A stretch of 63,339 nt of DNA, the filler included, from Octopus bimaculoides (lineage: Eukaryota), in the NCBI RefSeq assembly GCF_001194135.2. It is 7 parts of 6 records of this genome, joined end to end, with 100 filler letters (N's around TTAATTAATTAA, not from the genome) between each part and the next. Parts side by side here need not be neighbours in the genome. Positions count along the whole stretch, not along the records: positions 38,697 to 56,595 come from NC_068988.1; positions 56,696 to 62,167 come from NC_068981.1; positions 62,268 to 63,339 come from NW_026317762.1; 4 more parts are not named here. One strand, written 5' to 3'. This document shows positions 49,588 to 62,389 of the stretch, in pieces. Below the pieces are notes generated by a model. That model was not told the origin of the DNA and searched no databases. It was given only the letters and a program-made list of their open reading frames with translations. The position numbers and the translations under genes were made by a program. Numbering within the stretch: the stretch's first letter is position 1; each line of letters begins with the position of its first letter.

Positions 49588-49970
49588 TGGAGGCGCACTG
49601 GCCCAGTGGTTAGGGCAGCAGACTCACGGTCATAGGATCGTGGTTTCGATTCCCAGACCTGGCGTTGTGAGTGTTTATTGAGCGAAAACACCTAAAGCTC
49701 CACGAGGCTCCGGCAGGGAATGGTGGCAAACCCTGCTGTACTCTTTCACCACACCTTTCTCTCACTCTTACTCCCTGTTTCTGTTGTGCCTGTAATTCAA
49801 AGGATTAGCCTTGTCACACTGTGTCATGCTGAATATCCCTGAGAATTACAATAAGGGTACACGTGTCTGTGGTGTGCTCAGCAACTTGCACGTTAATTTC
49901 ACGAGCAGGCTGTTCCATTGATCGGATCAACTGGAACCCTCGCCGTCGTAAGCGACTGAGTGCCAACAAC
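49588..49970 (+). mobile_element. tRNA-derived SINE with family C type 3' tail
   Basis: tRNA-like head TGGCCCAGTGGTTAGGGC...GTTTCGATTCCC, CT-rich middle, tail shared with 14285-14530, ends in CAACAAC. Confidence 0.85.
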
Positions 49971-51507
49971 TTTCAAAACTACTTTATCCAAGTGTGATTT
50001 GAAGTAACTTTAGTTGCTGTTTCTAACGGAATGGAGTGACCATGTTATAGTTCCCTTATTAGCTCAGTGCAGAATTGTTGTTTAGGTTCACTCAAGTTTA
50101 ACCTGATCAATAGAATCAAGGACATTAAAAAATGACCAACTTTTAAGCTGTTTCTGTGTGAATTCATGGAGGCATGTGGCTTAGTGGTGCGGATGTTGAG
50201 TTTATGATTGTTTGGTCATAGGTTCCAGTCCTGTGGCTGAGCAGTATGTTGTGTATTTTAGCACCAAACCTCGCTTCACATTGCGTTAATTTACTCACTT
50301 GAAAATGTTTATCATCAGCAGTTGGTGTTGGTGTACATGCATGCATGTGTGTGTGTGTGTGTGTGTGTGTAGTGAGGTTTATTAAACATGTAAGAGACTG
50401 GCGTTCCATTCAGTTTTGTACTCTCCATTGCTTAAATGCAGTGGAAATCTGAATAAACTCTGACATATAGGCCTGTAGGCTTAAGACAGCATTTAACTAA
50501 TGTGATCTGAAGGAGTTTGGTTGTTATATCTAACAGCTGAAGTGACCATGCAATGGTTCCCTCACTAGCTTAATGTAGAATTGTTGTTTAGGCTCCTGAG
50601 TTAACCTGATCAAGCAAATGTATGTAGACAATAACCAGCCCATCATTTTTATGTTTTTTTCAGCTGTACCTGAAAAACATTTAGTTTGTCCCTTTATAAG
50701 ATGGCCATTTGTGGTTTGAGAGAAATTTTACTGTTTATTGCAGGTTAGGCAGTCATATAGAGCAGAAGTGGGAAATCATTTTTCATCAACAGCAAATTAC
50801 AAGTGTTTAAGAATGTAATAAGATGCATTTTTGTTGCAGAAAATTAAGCAATCTTTAATTTTATAAATTCATAGTTATATCTTGTCAACATCATCATTTT
50901 TACATTTGTTTATTACCATGTTGGCTTGGGATAAGCAAAATTTCTTGAGGCAGTGTTCTATAGTTGGATGCTCTTCTTCATGTGGTGCCAATTGTTTTTT
51001 ATTCCAAGTTTTTAGACATTGAACTGTGAAGCTTCAGGACTTTTGTTTATAAGAGACATAGATGTAACTACAGATCAAGTGGGTGTTAAAGTGAAGACAA
51101 AGACACACACACATGCACACACAGTTGCACACACACACACATGCACTTACACACACACACACATGCACTTACGCACACACACACACACACAGGGCTTTTG
51201 TACAGTTTTTGTCTATCAAGACATTGAATAATTCCTTCATATCAAGCTCTGTTGTTTTAAAAAGGAAACACACTTTGGATGCTAGTCAGAGACAGGATGG
51301 TCACAGCAGGATTGCTTTAAAACATGGACCTGTTTAATCAAGGCTAACCTGTCACTAAACATCATGAACAACATCATATATATCACTTCTTATGCTTTGA
51401 TATTCTATGTCATATGATAACAAATGGTACCATCTCACACAACATTTAAACCAAAGATATTTATTCAAGGTGTTTTACTCATATTTCTATGCTACATGTA
51501 TGTGTGC

Positions 51508-51556
<49 letters not shown>

Positions 51557-52590
51557 CACATGCACACATACAAACACATATCTAATTCACATTTATTTAC
51601 ATCATTCGTAAATACTGTCATTTCAACACATGGTATTAATTTTATTGCGATGTTCGGTCTTTACTCTGTTACACTATTTACTGTATGTTAATGATGAATA
51701 GAAATATGATATTGTTGCATAGCACCGTATAAAATTACTCTACTTATGCACTAAGATCTGAAGTTGTTGGAAAATTATAAATCATGTCTAATTAAGGTAT
51801 ATTTATTTATGAAAGGTCAGAAACTACAAAAAAAAAAAAATTAAAAATTAAAATATCCTCTTTTCTCCACCCTCCTTATAACACCCGTCTTCAAGATAAG
51901 ATTACTTAGAGGAAATCAGTACTGTTTGGGGTAGAAAGCTATTTATTACAATTGCATTAACCTTCATATTTACACTTTTATTCATTCTACAATTTCAGTG
52001 ACTTCTATTTCTGTGTGTAAGTCTAAATCTGAAAAGCAGAGGTGAGGTTCTTTTTTTATTATCGTTTATCTTTCTAAGTGGGTGGGATAACATTAAAGTA
52101 AGTAACCATACCTATAGTTTACTGGAAGTAGGTGTCAATCTACTATACAATCATACAACCTCTTCCTGGTTAGGTTAAAGTAGAAAATAATGTAAAAGAA
52201 AAGTCTAAAAAAATTAATCAACAAATTACTAATTGCTAAGGGAGACACCACAGTATATCAATAACTTCTAAATTATTATCTTGAAGTTTATACTCTTTTC
52301 TCTGTTGAGGAAGGCAACTCATTATGCACTAATTAGTTATTTCAGTTTTACATATCTAGAGTATCATAATATATTTATTTGCATTTTTTTCTATTGACTT
52401 TTATCTGCAACCATCCTCACATGAGCTCACTAGCATAGTTAGAGTGTGTGCTGACCCTGCGCTCCCACCAAAAAAAAATGCATATTGTCTACAGCAGACC
52501 CAAAAGTGGTGCTGCCCGGGGTGAAATGCTCCCCCCCCCCCAGCTATGCTGGTGCATTAGCTCAAGTTCCAATCCTCTATTATTATTATT

Positions 52591-52805
52591 CTGGTGGGGA
52601 GCTGGCAGAATTGTTAGCATGGCAGGCAAAATGCTTTGCAATATTTTGCTCATCTTTACGTTCTGTGTTCAAATTCAGCCGAGGTCAGCTACGCCTTTCA
52701 TCCTTTTGGAATTGATAAATTAAGTACCAATCAAGTACTGGGGTTGATGTGATCAACTTACCCACTCCCAACAAATCTCAGGCCTTGTACCTATTGTAGA
52801 AAGGA

Positions 52806-52806
<1 letters not shown>
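52591..52806 (+). mobile_element. SINE family B, CpG-decayed copy inside (ATT)n
   Basis: Same family as 15077-15272 but with CG to TG/CA changes; ATT repeats at 52580-52590 and 52809-52870. Confidence 0.85.
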
Positions 52807-52852
<46 letters not shown>

Positions 52853-52869
52853 GTTATTATTATTGTTAT

Positions 52870-53417
52870 TGAGTGAGAGAGCAGTGCATGCCATCAAAGT
52901 GACATTTGGGTAAAATATACGAAGCCCATTATACCCATCATGACTACCCGTCTGATAAGGGTACACCAGGCACATGCATCACAACCATATGTGTGCGATA
53001 TGGTGATCTCATATCAAGATAAACAGCGCATGACCTCGCAGGTGGGGCCTAGTTAGATTTTTTTTTAGGTCGAGTAGTCTATCCCGCTCAAAAGGTCCCT
53101 GAATAAGGTTCATTTAAGGATGTTGAGCAAAACACTCATGTTTCCAAAGGTGAATTATTCAAACCCCAAAGAATTCCTCTCAACACATGGCTGTGATGCT
53201 CCCCCACTACTTCTGCTCATGATCAGAGATGCACATATCGTCAGCCACCAAGGGACATGCTCAACTGATTACGGTCAAACAACTGACAAGCAAATCTGGT
53301 ATTGAGCAGAATATTTGCTGTAGCCCATCTTTTATACCAAGACAAAACAATATACATGATAACACTTCCAATCAATTAAGATCAGAAGTCATGAGAGCCA
53401 CTGCCTGGTACTGCATC

Positions 53418-53420
<3 letters not shown>
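52870..53420 (+). repeat. Unclassified dispersed repeat(s)
   Basis: CCATCATGACTACC.GTCT.ATA.GGGTACACCAG..ACATGCATCACA.CCATATG is shared with about 25420-25480. Confidence 0.5.
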
Positions 53421-53491
<71 letters not shown>

Positions 53492-56482
53492 TAACTGGAA
53501 ATGGAAATGTTGAATTTTACTCAAGGAATCAATCTGCGAAGCATAGCCCCTGAATGTATTGTGAATTGTACTGCAACCTGTCCAGTTAATTGTGCCATCG
53601 TGGAGGTTGCATGTGTGAATACACACAATCATACATATATGGAAAGTGACAAAGAAAAGGCATATTGAATAAAAAAGAAACAAAGATCAAAAATACATAA
53701 CTCAAACTATCACGTTGTTAGAAATCTTTTTGTATCTCAAGGGTCATAAGTGTTTCACCCTTTATCCTGTACTCTTCATCTGAGTGAAGAATTGAGGATT
53801 GAATTAGCATTTTCCTACTGGAGTATTCCATTTGCAGTCTCTTGTCAATCACAACTGCCTTGAGGTGGTCTCAGCTGCCTTGGCTATCTCCCTAGTGGTT
53901 CCATCATTTATTTGGGTTCCAAACCATTGGTGGTCACTCTGTTTATGCAGTTGCTTCAAATAGTTTTGTGTCAGAAGGGTGATATATTCAAATAGCTCTA
54001 TTGTTTGACAAATGACTTGGTTCCCTTCCCCCATAGAGCTTTATAGTCCTATCGCAGTTATTTCACATGCAAAGTTTATATAAATAGCTTCTCTGTAGTA
54101 AGACAGCTTTGTCTGTCCCTCTATATATTCTAACCTCTCATCTGGCACACAGTCACTTCTCTCTGTTCCACTCCATCTCTCAGTTGAGATTTTTGCCTTG
54201 CAAGCTACTTGGCCATTCCTTTGGTGCTAGTTCCATGCAAAAGCACCTGTGCTGGTGCCATCTAAAATGCACTTGGCTGGTGTCATGTAAAAAGCACCTG
54301 TGCTGGTGCCATGTAAAAGTCACCCAGTACACTCTGTAGTGTTTAGTGAAGGGCATCTAGTCATAGAACACTTGCCAAAATAGACTGGTGCAGCTTTCTG
54401 GCTTGCCAACTTCTGTCGAATCGCCCAACCTATGCCAGCATGAAAATGGACGTTGATGATGATGATGATGATGGAGGTAAATATTTAGCAAACTTGACTC
54501 AAAGTCTTTAATTCCCTACTGGTATGCAATGTTATGTAAAATCCAAATTGAAATTCTAAATCTCAATAACTCTACAATATTCTGATGAGAGACAATGCTG
54601 CTGTTGTCCATACAATGCATCCTGGGAAGGCTGCTCAACTGATTTGCATAAAGTCACTTACAAACATGTTACAGCCTTTGACTCTTTCTTGGTCATTTCT
54701 ACCACTGCTACAACGTCCTATACTTCTCTGAGCTGTCTTCTACCACTTCCATTTATGTAGTCTTGACTTATCTGTCCTCCTCTCACCACCTATATTATGT
54801 TCAACCTCCCTTGCTCTGTGCTTTATTCCTTCTTCTCCAGAGTGTTGGTTCTATGGAACTCCTTTCTTACTCGTGTATATAGATTCTAGCCAGAGTTTTG
54901 TAAACAATTTGAATGTAAAACAAAAAAAAAATAACATGGAGCCTGTTGACTGATAAGAACGAAATGAAATGCCTTGAGCCTCAATTACATAACTTATCAA
55001 TTATAGATAGAATTTATTGCTGTATATTTTTTTTATCAAGGCTAGTATCTCCATTTTGTGTGTGTACATTTGTTTATATATGTGTATGTACACATATGTA
55101 TGTGCTTGTGTGTGTACACATGCACACATACACACACACAACACAGATATAGTTACATAAGCAATACCCATAAGCTACTTCTATGTAAAAGGTTAAGGGA
55201 AAATAATATCAATATGTTAATTAAATTTGTTATGAAAAAAACAAAACAAAACAAGACAGTGTTTAAACCTCAGGGCTCTCAACAACGAGGGAAATAAATC
55301 AGTGATCAATTTATTAGTTTTGACTTTTTGTTATGTCCATTGTTTGGATTTGCTTATTTACCATAGTCAGTAGGAGTAAAGGGTGATAATAGATATAAAC
55401 AATCTCGGACTACATTCACAATACTAACTGCACCAAACCTACTCATTAGCTTACTCAGTATCACTGTGATTCTTAAGTCTGGACGTTACCAGGCTGGGTT
55501 ATAACTCCAAATTTCTTGCGTGCTGGGGTTGGCAAAGTAGTTAGTATTGGCCCCTGTCAGTCTATGTTGCTATTGAAGGGGACAATAAACACCTTAAATG
55601 ATTTTTGAGCATTAAGGATGTTGAATTTTATTAGCAATCAAACCATATTTCACATTAAATATTCCAGCCTTATCAGTATAATATAACTGAATTTCTGCCG
55701 TTTGTTATCAGTTTCATTAAGTATTTTCATTAAATTTCTTGATAATGACACAAAAGAACAATGGAGTTATTGTTTTAAATCAAAATTTATTTTTTGATTT
55801 ATTTATACTTTCTAATTTTAGTTTAGAAATTTACATGTGGATTGATAATTTATCAATGATTCCATGAATGGGTTAATGATATGAGAAGTTTGCTCACCCT
55901 TGCTTTAGAGTAAGGCTACAAATACTCACTGATATAAATGATTTCACATACTCCATGTTGCTACATTCAGACCTCCCTGCCTCTCTCTCTTGCGTGCACA
56001 CACACAACACATTAGTGGTTGGGAGGGGGGCTAAGTTTGTGATGGAGTCATAGAGGCGCCATAGTGACATATGGTATGTCTCAGGTATTTTAGTGATACT
56101 GTCAGGTGGGGGCAAGATCATTGTATCTTCACTTGAAAGGAATGTTCTGCATGCAAATTGTGTGTAAAATATGAATGTATTTGTTTATATATCATCATCG
56201 TTATTTGATAATGAGATGATAATAAAAACACAAGTATGACTGTAGTTAAAAGGCTCATTTCATGATCATGTGGTTTTGGGTTCAGTCTCACTGCATAGCA
56301 CTTTATGCTGCTGTCGTTTACTGTAGTCCCTGTGTCAAGAAATGCTTTGAGTAGAATTAATTGATGGAAATATGAGAAACGTGTTGTACATATGTGAGTG
56401 TGAATATATGCATGTGTGTGTGTACATATATATGTGTGTATACATGTATATGTGTGTACGTATATATATATATATATATATA

Positions 56483-56595
56483 ATTCTTTTACTTGTTTCG
56501 GTCATTTGACTGTGGCCATGCTGGAGCACTGCCTTTAGCTGAACAAATCAACTTATTCTTTGTAAGCCTAGTATTTATTCTATAGGGCTCCTTTG
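56483..56595 (-). mobile_element. SINE family A 3' fragment, CpG-decayed, cut by a spacer
   Basis: CTTTTACTTGTTTC.GTCATTTGACTGTGGCCATGCTGGAGCACTGCCTTTAG, homologous to 31950-32060. Confidence 0.8.
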
Positions 56596-56695
56596 NNNNN
56601 NNNNNNNNNNNNNNNNNNNNNNNNNNNNNNNNNNNNNNNTTAATTAATTAANNNNNNNNNNNNNNNNNNNNNNNNNNNNNNNNNNNNNNNNNNNN
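56596..56695. other. Artificial assembly spacer
   Basis: Same 100-nt layout; cuts a SINE on the left and a DD37D element on the right. Confidence 0.95.
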
Positions 56696-57298
56696 TTGGT
56701 CTCTCGCTCAACTGCGCCCCACACATAATAATCAAGGAGGTTGCAGTCTGAAGAGTTAGGTGGCCAGATGTTAGGAGTGATGTGGTCACAGAAATTGTCT
56801 GACAGCCAAGACTGGGTTCTCCTGCTTGTGTGGCATGGTGCAGAGTCCTGTTGCCAGACATAGGGTCTTCCAGCAGTCACTCTCTTGACCCAGGGCAGCA
56901 CTACCTCCTCCAGGCACTTGATGTAGGCCTCCGTGTTGAGTGTGAGGCTGTGTGGGAAGATGAATGGAGGCATAACGTCGCCATCACTAGTGACCACTCC
57001 AAACACCATGGTGTTGACTGGATGTTTGATTTTTATCACTCTCAGTACATGATTGGGGACTCAGATTGACACCCAACACTCTGAAATGTTCGTATTGGAG
57101 CTTCTGGCGCAAATGCCAAACAGTACATGTCGTTTCCATATTTCTGGCAGAGTGAATTGCGTCATAGTGCTGTTTTTCTCACAGACAGTACCCAACTGAG
57201 CCTACTATACTGTGTAGTCGACAAAATAAAAAAAAAAAACAATGTGCATGCGCGAAATTAAAAATATAAAATGGCGACAATTTGCCCACCGCACTCTG
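56696..57298 (-). mobile_element. DD37D (maT/Bmmar1-like) transposon, internally deleted
   Basis: VMPPFIF...YVWQQDSAPCHTS...WPPNSSDCNLLDYYVW, with exactly 37 residues between the second and third Asp (counted). Left end TA|CAGAGTGCGGTGGGCAAATTG at 57298. Confidence 0.88.
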
Positions 57299-57367
57299 TA
57301 TATGTGTGTGTGTGCGCGCGCGCTTGTGTGTGTGCGCGCGCGCTTGTGCGTGTGTGTGTATATATAA

Positions 57368-57411
<44 letters not shown>

Positions 57412-57744
57412 TAAAATTTTGTGCGGGAGGGTGACAAAGAAACTTACGGAAAACAGGAAAAAACACACACATAAAAGACGAGGACACACTCTCCCCTCAT
57501 CAGATATCGATGAAAATCATGACAATTTCGACGCCTTATCGATAATATTGATGAACGTGGTGGCGTCACCAGCCAAACATTGCGAACATGAAGGACAGAA
57601 TGGGACGTATGGAGAAGAAAGAACAGAAGGAAAGAAAATATGAGGTCTGAAGAGAAAACGGGGTAAAAGGAAGCGTTGTGAGGAGAAGCGCCAAAGATAT
57701 AAAGCAGAAATGGAAAGACTGTAACGAACATAAAATAAACAATA

Positions 57745-57906
57745 GGCGGTGGCGCGGCTGTGTGGTAAGAAGCTTGCTTACCAACCACATGGCTTCGGGT
57801 TCAGTCCCATTGCGTAGCATCTTGGGCAAGTGTCTTCTATTACAGTCTCGGGCCGACCAAAGCCTTGTGAGTGGGTTTGTTAGACGGAAACCGAAAGAAG
57901 CCCGTC

Positions 57907-57940
<34 letters not shown>

Positions 57941-58165
57941 NNNNNNNNNNGTGTGTGTGTGTTTGTGTTTGTTCCTCTACCATCGCTTGACAATCGATGT
58001 TGGTGTGTTTACGTCCCCGTAACTTAGCGGTTCGGCAAAACAGACCGATAGAATAAGTACCTGGCTTACAAAAGCATAAGTCCTGCGGTCGATTTGTTCG
58101 ACTAAAGGCGGTGCTCCAGCATGGCCACAGTCAAATGACTGAAACAAATAAAAGAATAAAAGAAT
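57745..58165 (+). mobile_element. SINE family A, near full length
   Basis: tRNA-like head GGCTGTGTGGTAAGAAGCTTGC...GGGTTCAGTCCC, internal (TA)n/(GT)n, 3' body and (GAATAAAA)n tail. Confidence 0.9.
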
Positions 58166-58378
58166 ACAGGCAGTAAAACGCTTTCGGCCCCTAAACCCAG
58201 TTAGGGGCGAGATCCCTGCGAGACTGTCGACCTCTGATAAAATATGTAAGTGATATATTCACCCCACCCAACACATCACCGTCATAATTTGTCTGAAGAT
58301 CCTGTGTCTACAGGGGGAAACTCATTGAAACAAGACACTGGTTCGATCAATATATATATATATGTATATATATAAAAA

Positions 58379-58453
<75 letters not shown>

Positions 58454-58654
58454 TTTATTCCATTGTCTAAGATGCTTATACATACACACACGTATGCACA
58501 TTTATATATGTCTGTTTATCTATCTATCCATCTATCCATCTATGTAAACATCCACCCGTCTGTCTGTCTGTCAGTCTATCTGTCTATCTATCTGTTTGTC
58601 TATCTGTCCATCTGTCTGTCTGTCTGTCTGTCCATCTGTCTGTCTGTCTGTCTA

Positions 58655-58764
<110 letters not shown>

Positions 58765-59233
58765 CTCTAACTGCGTCATTCCTGCGTTCTTCAAAGTAGT
58801 TCTTTTATTAAATTAAAGAAATTGAATCCACTTGGAAGTGTGACTCGACGAGTTGGGTTGGGTGAGGTTTAGGGTTTAACACCTACGCACCAATTCTCAT
58901 GATGTTTAACATTGGCCAAAGGTCAATTGATTGAGCGATGAAGGAGAAATAAAGAGGATCTACATCAACCCCACTGTATGACTGGTATTGTATTTTATGG
59001 ATACTATGAAGGGTAGAGTTGACTTTGGAGCGATTTGAAATCAGAACTTGGAAGTATTTTACCGAATCTTCCATCTACCGCTCTGAATTATATTGTGAAT
59101 GGGGCGGGGATGTTCGGGTGATAAACTGATTTGGCAGAAATAGTAACCAAATCTTCCTCAATTCACATCAAATTCCACTGTCTAAGAACAGAATTGTAAA
59201 TTAGGTAGGTACAGTTCTTGAAACATTTACATA

Positions 59234-59269
<36 letters not shown>

Positions 59270-59474
59270 ATCAATACACACACACACACACACACACACA
59301 ATATAAATATACATATGTGGGCACAGGATGTCATGAAACGTGTACAACAAAAAATATGAAGTACGAGTACATGGAATATGAACTATTTTTTCGAACAACA
59401 AAAGACACAAATGGAAAAACAAGACAAACAAGACAAAAAAACCGACCCTTCATCAGTTGTTGGCTACTTTTCTA

Positions 59475-59523
<49 letters not shown>

Positions 59524-60797
59524 CCTATTCGACGGGACAGTCACGGTCGAAAGTCCTCCAATCATGCTCAGTGAACAAGGGAGACAGCTGTGTGGTTTAG
59601 AAGTTCTCTTTACAAACCCATTGTTCGGAGATCGATCTTACTATTAGATCAATCTCTCCCGTCATAATCACGGGTTATCCCAAACCTCGTCAGTAATAAT
59701 GGGGAGAGGGAGACTACGTGGAAGCCTATCAATTGCACCGTATCTATTTGGGGGGGGGGGCGGAGAATTAATCTGCCACCCGGTTCAGCACCCTCACGTG
59801 GCCAAGGGGTGTATCTTTTATTAGGGTTCAATCTGTTATAAACACTGGGGGTTATGGTTATGGCTTGAGGAAAAACACTTCCTGCGTCTGGCTTGTTTCG
59901 GAGTGTTATAGATGCAGCCCTCGTTTCTCTGATAACCCCACAACCCGCACAACATATAACCGCCCCCTCCCCCTCGCGCAACAACCAAGCACATTATGTG
60001 GAGGTCAATTTTCGTAGCGACGAGGAGGAAGGGTCGAGTGTAATGGAGGGATTAACTATTACAATGGATTAGACTNNNNNNNNNNNNNNNNNNNNNNNNN
60101 NNNNNNNNNNNNNNNNNNNNNNNNNNNNNNNNNNNNNNNNNNNNNNNNNNNNNNNNNNNNNNNNNNNNNNNNNNNNNNNNNNNNNNNNNNNNNNNNNNNN
60201 NNNNNNNNNNNNNNNNNNNNNNNNNNNNNNNNNNNNNNNNNNNNNNNNNNNNNNNNNNNNNNNNNNNNNNNNNNNNNNNNNNNNNNNNNNNNNNNNNNNN
60301 NNNNNNNNNNNNNNNNNNNNNNNNNNNNNNNNNNNNNNNNNNNNNNNNNNNNNNNNNNNNNNNNNNNNNNNNNNNNNNNNNNNNNNNNNNNNNNNNNNNN
60401 NNNNNNNNNNNNNNNNNNNNNNNNNNNNNNNNNNNNNNNNNNNNNNNNNNNNNNNNNNNNNNNNNNNNNNNNNNNNNNNNNNNNNNNNNNNNNNNNNNNN
60501 NNNNNNNNNNNNNNNNNNNNNNNNNNNNNNNNNNNNNNNNNNNNNNNNNNNNNNNNNNNNNNNNNNNNNNNNNNNNNNNNNNNNNNNNNNNNNNNNNNNN
60601 NNNNNNNNNNNNNNNNNNNNNNNNNNNNNNNNNNNNNNNNNNNNNNNNNNNNNNNNNNNNNNNNNNNNNNNNNNNNNNNNNNNNNNNNNNNNNNNNNNNN
60701 NNNNNNNNNNNNNNNNNNNNNNNNNNNNNNNNNNNNNNNNNNNNNNNNNNNNNNNNNNNNNNNNNNNNNNNNNNNNNNNNNNNNNNNNNNNNNNNNN

Positions 60798-60838
<41 letters not shown>

Positions 60839-61910
60839 TATATACATATATATACACACGCATACATTCACATAGGCGGATATATTAAATATACATACAT
60901 ACATACATACACATATGTATAAGCATTTATACATACGCGCACATGCGTAGAAGCATAAATAAGCGCACACGCAACTATATATACAAAATACACATACGAT
61001 TGTATATAAATAGGATAAATACGCAAATACAAGCGCATATATACACATACATACACACATACACATATACGCACATACCTACAGATATTACTTGTACATA
61101 CACATGCACACACATACGTACACACATACACATACACACACACGTCTACAAATATATACATAAAAAATATACATTCACATATACACAGGCATAGGCGCAT
61201 GTATACATACACACATACATATGCATACACACACATATACAAATACATATACAGATATACCTATACACACACATACACACAGACACATATATATATATAT
61301 ATACATATACATATACATATACACACAGACTTCATTCACAGGTAATCAATGAATGACAATGTTGTTTATGCGTGGGAGTTGCGAGCGCGCGTGTGTCTGT
61401 GTGCGTGTGTCTGTGTGTGTGTGTCTGTGTGTGTGTGTCTGTGTGTTTTACATCGCTCCAAGATGACCAAGTTTTTTTCGTGAAAGCTAACCACAATGCC
61501 GGTCTTTGAGGTGGCTGGAATGTAAGCATGAACATCACAACACCACAACATCACTGCATCTAGAAGTCGATAGGACAACAGATAAACAAAGGTAAATTGT
61601 GACATACCGCAACAAAACACCTCGTAAATGGTATGTTTACATATACACTCTTATACAGCTTTTTATCTATGTGTGTATATACATTTTTATATAGGTACGT
61701 ATGTATATATACACTTTAATATTGGTATACGTGTACACACTTTATATACATGCCTAAATACATGTACACACTTAAACAAATACATTCACACACACACACA
61801 CACACACCTATATGTATATATATGTGTCTGCGTGTGTATGTGTGTATATACATTTATATACATATACATATGTATCCATACATGCATATATATATATATA
61901 CATATATAAA

Positions 61911-61959
<49 letters not shown>

Positions 61960-62167
61960 GTATATATANNNNNNNNNNACACACACATATATGTATATAT
62001 ATATGTATATATATATATACATACATATATATATATATGTATGTATACATGTATATGTATGTGTCTATATATATACATATATGTATGTATGTATATATAT
62101 ATATGTGTGTGTGTATACATGTATATGTATGTGTCTATATATATACATATATGTATGTATGTATATA

Positions 62168-62267
62168 NNNNNNNNNNNNNNNNNNNNNNNNNNNNNNNNN
62201 NNNNNNNNNNNTTAATTAATTAANNNNNNNNNNNNNNNNNNNNNNNNNNNNNNNNNNNNNNNNNNNN
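62168..62267. other. Artificial assembly spacer
   Basis: Same 100-nt layout. Confidence 0.95.
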
Positions 62268-62389
62268 ATGATCCCCTAAGGTAAGTTCTTATGCTATATT
62301 GGTAACGGTTGCTATATATATTCATATATATTTTTGTAGCTTCAGCTCAGAGCTGCGGCCATGCTGGGGCACCGCCATTTTGCTATACT

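Noticed and set aside
49588-49665. tRNA-like sequence (also at 10328, 57745, 19133)
   Set aside because: A and B boxes continue directly into SINE bodies and no complete cloverleaf forms; SINE heads, not tRNA genes.
56483-58165. Second inverted SINE-A pair
   Set aside because: The two copies are separated by an assembly spacer, so their distance and orientation are unreliable.
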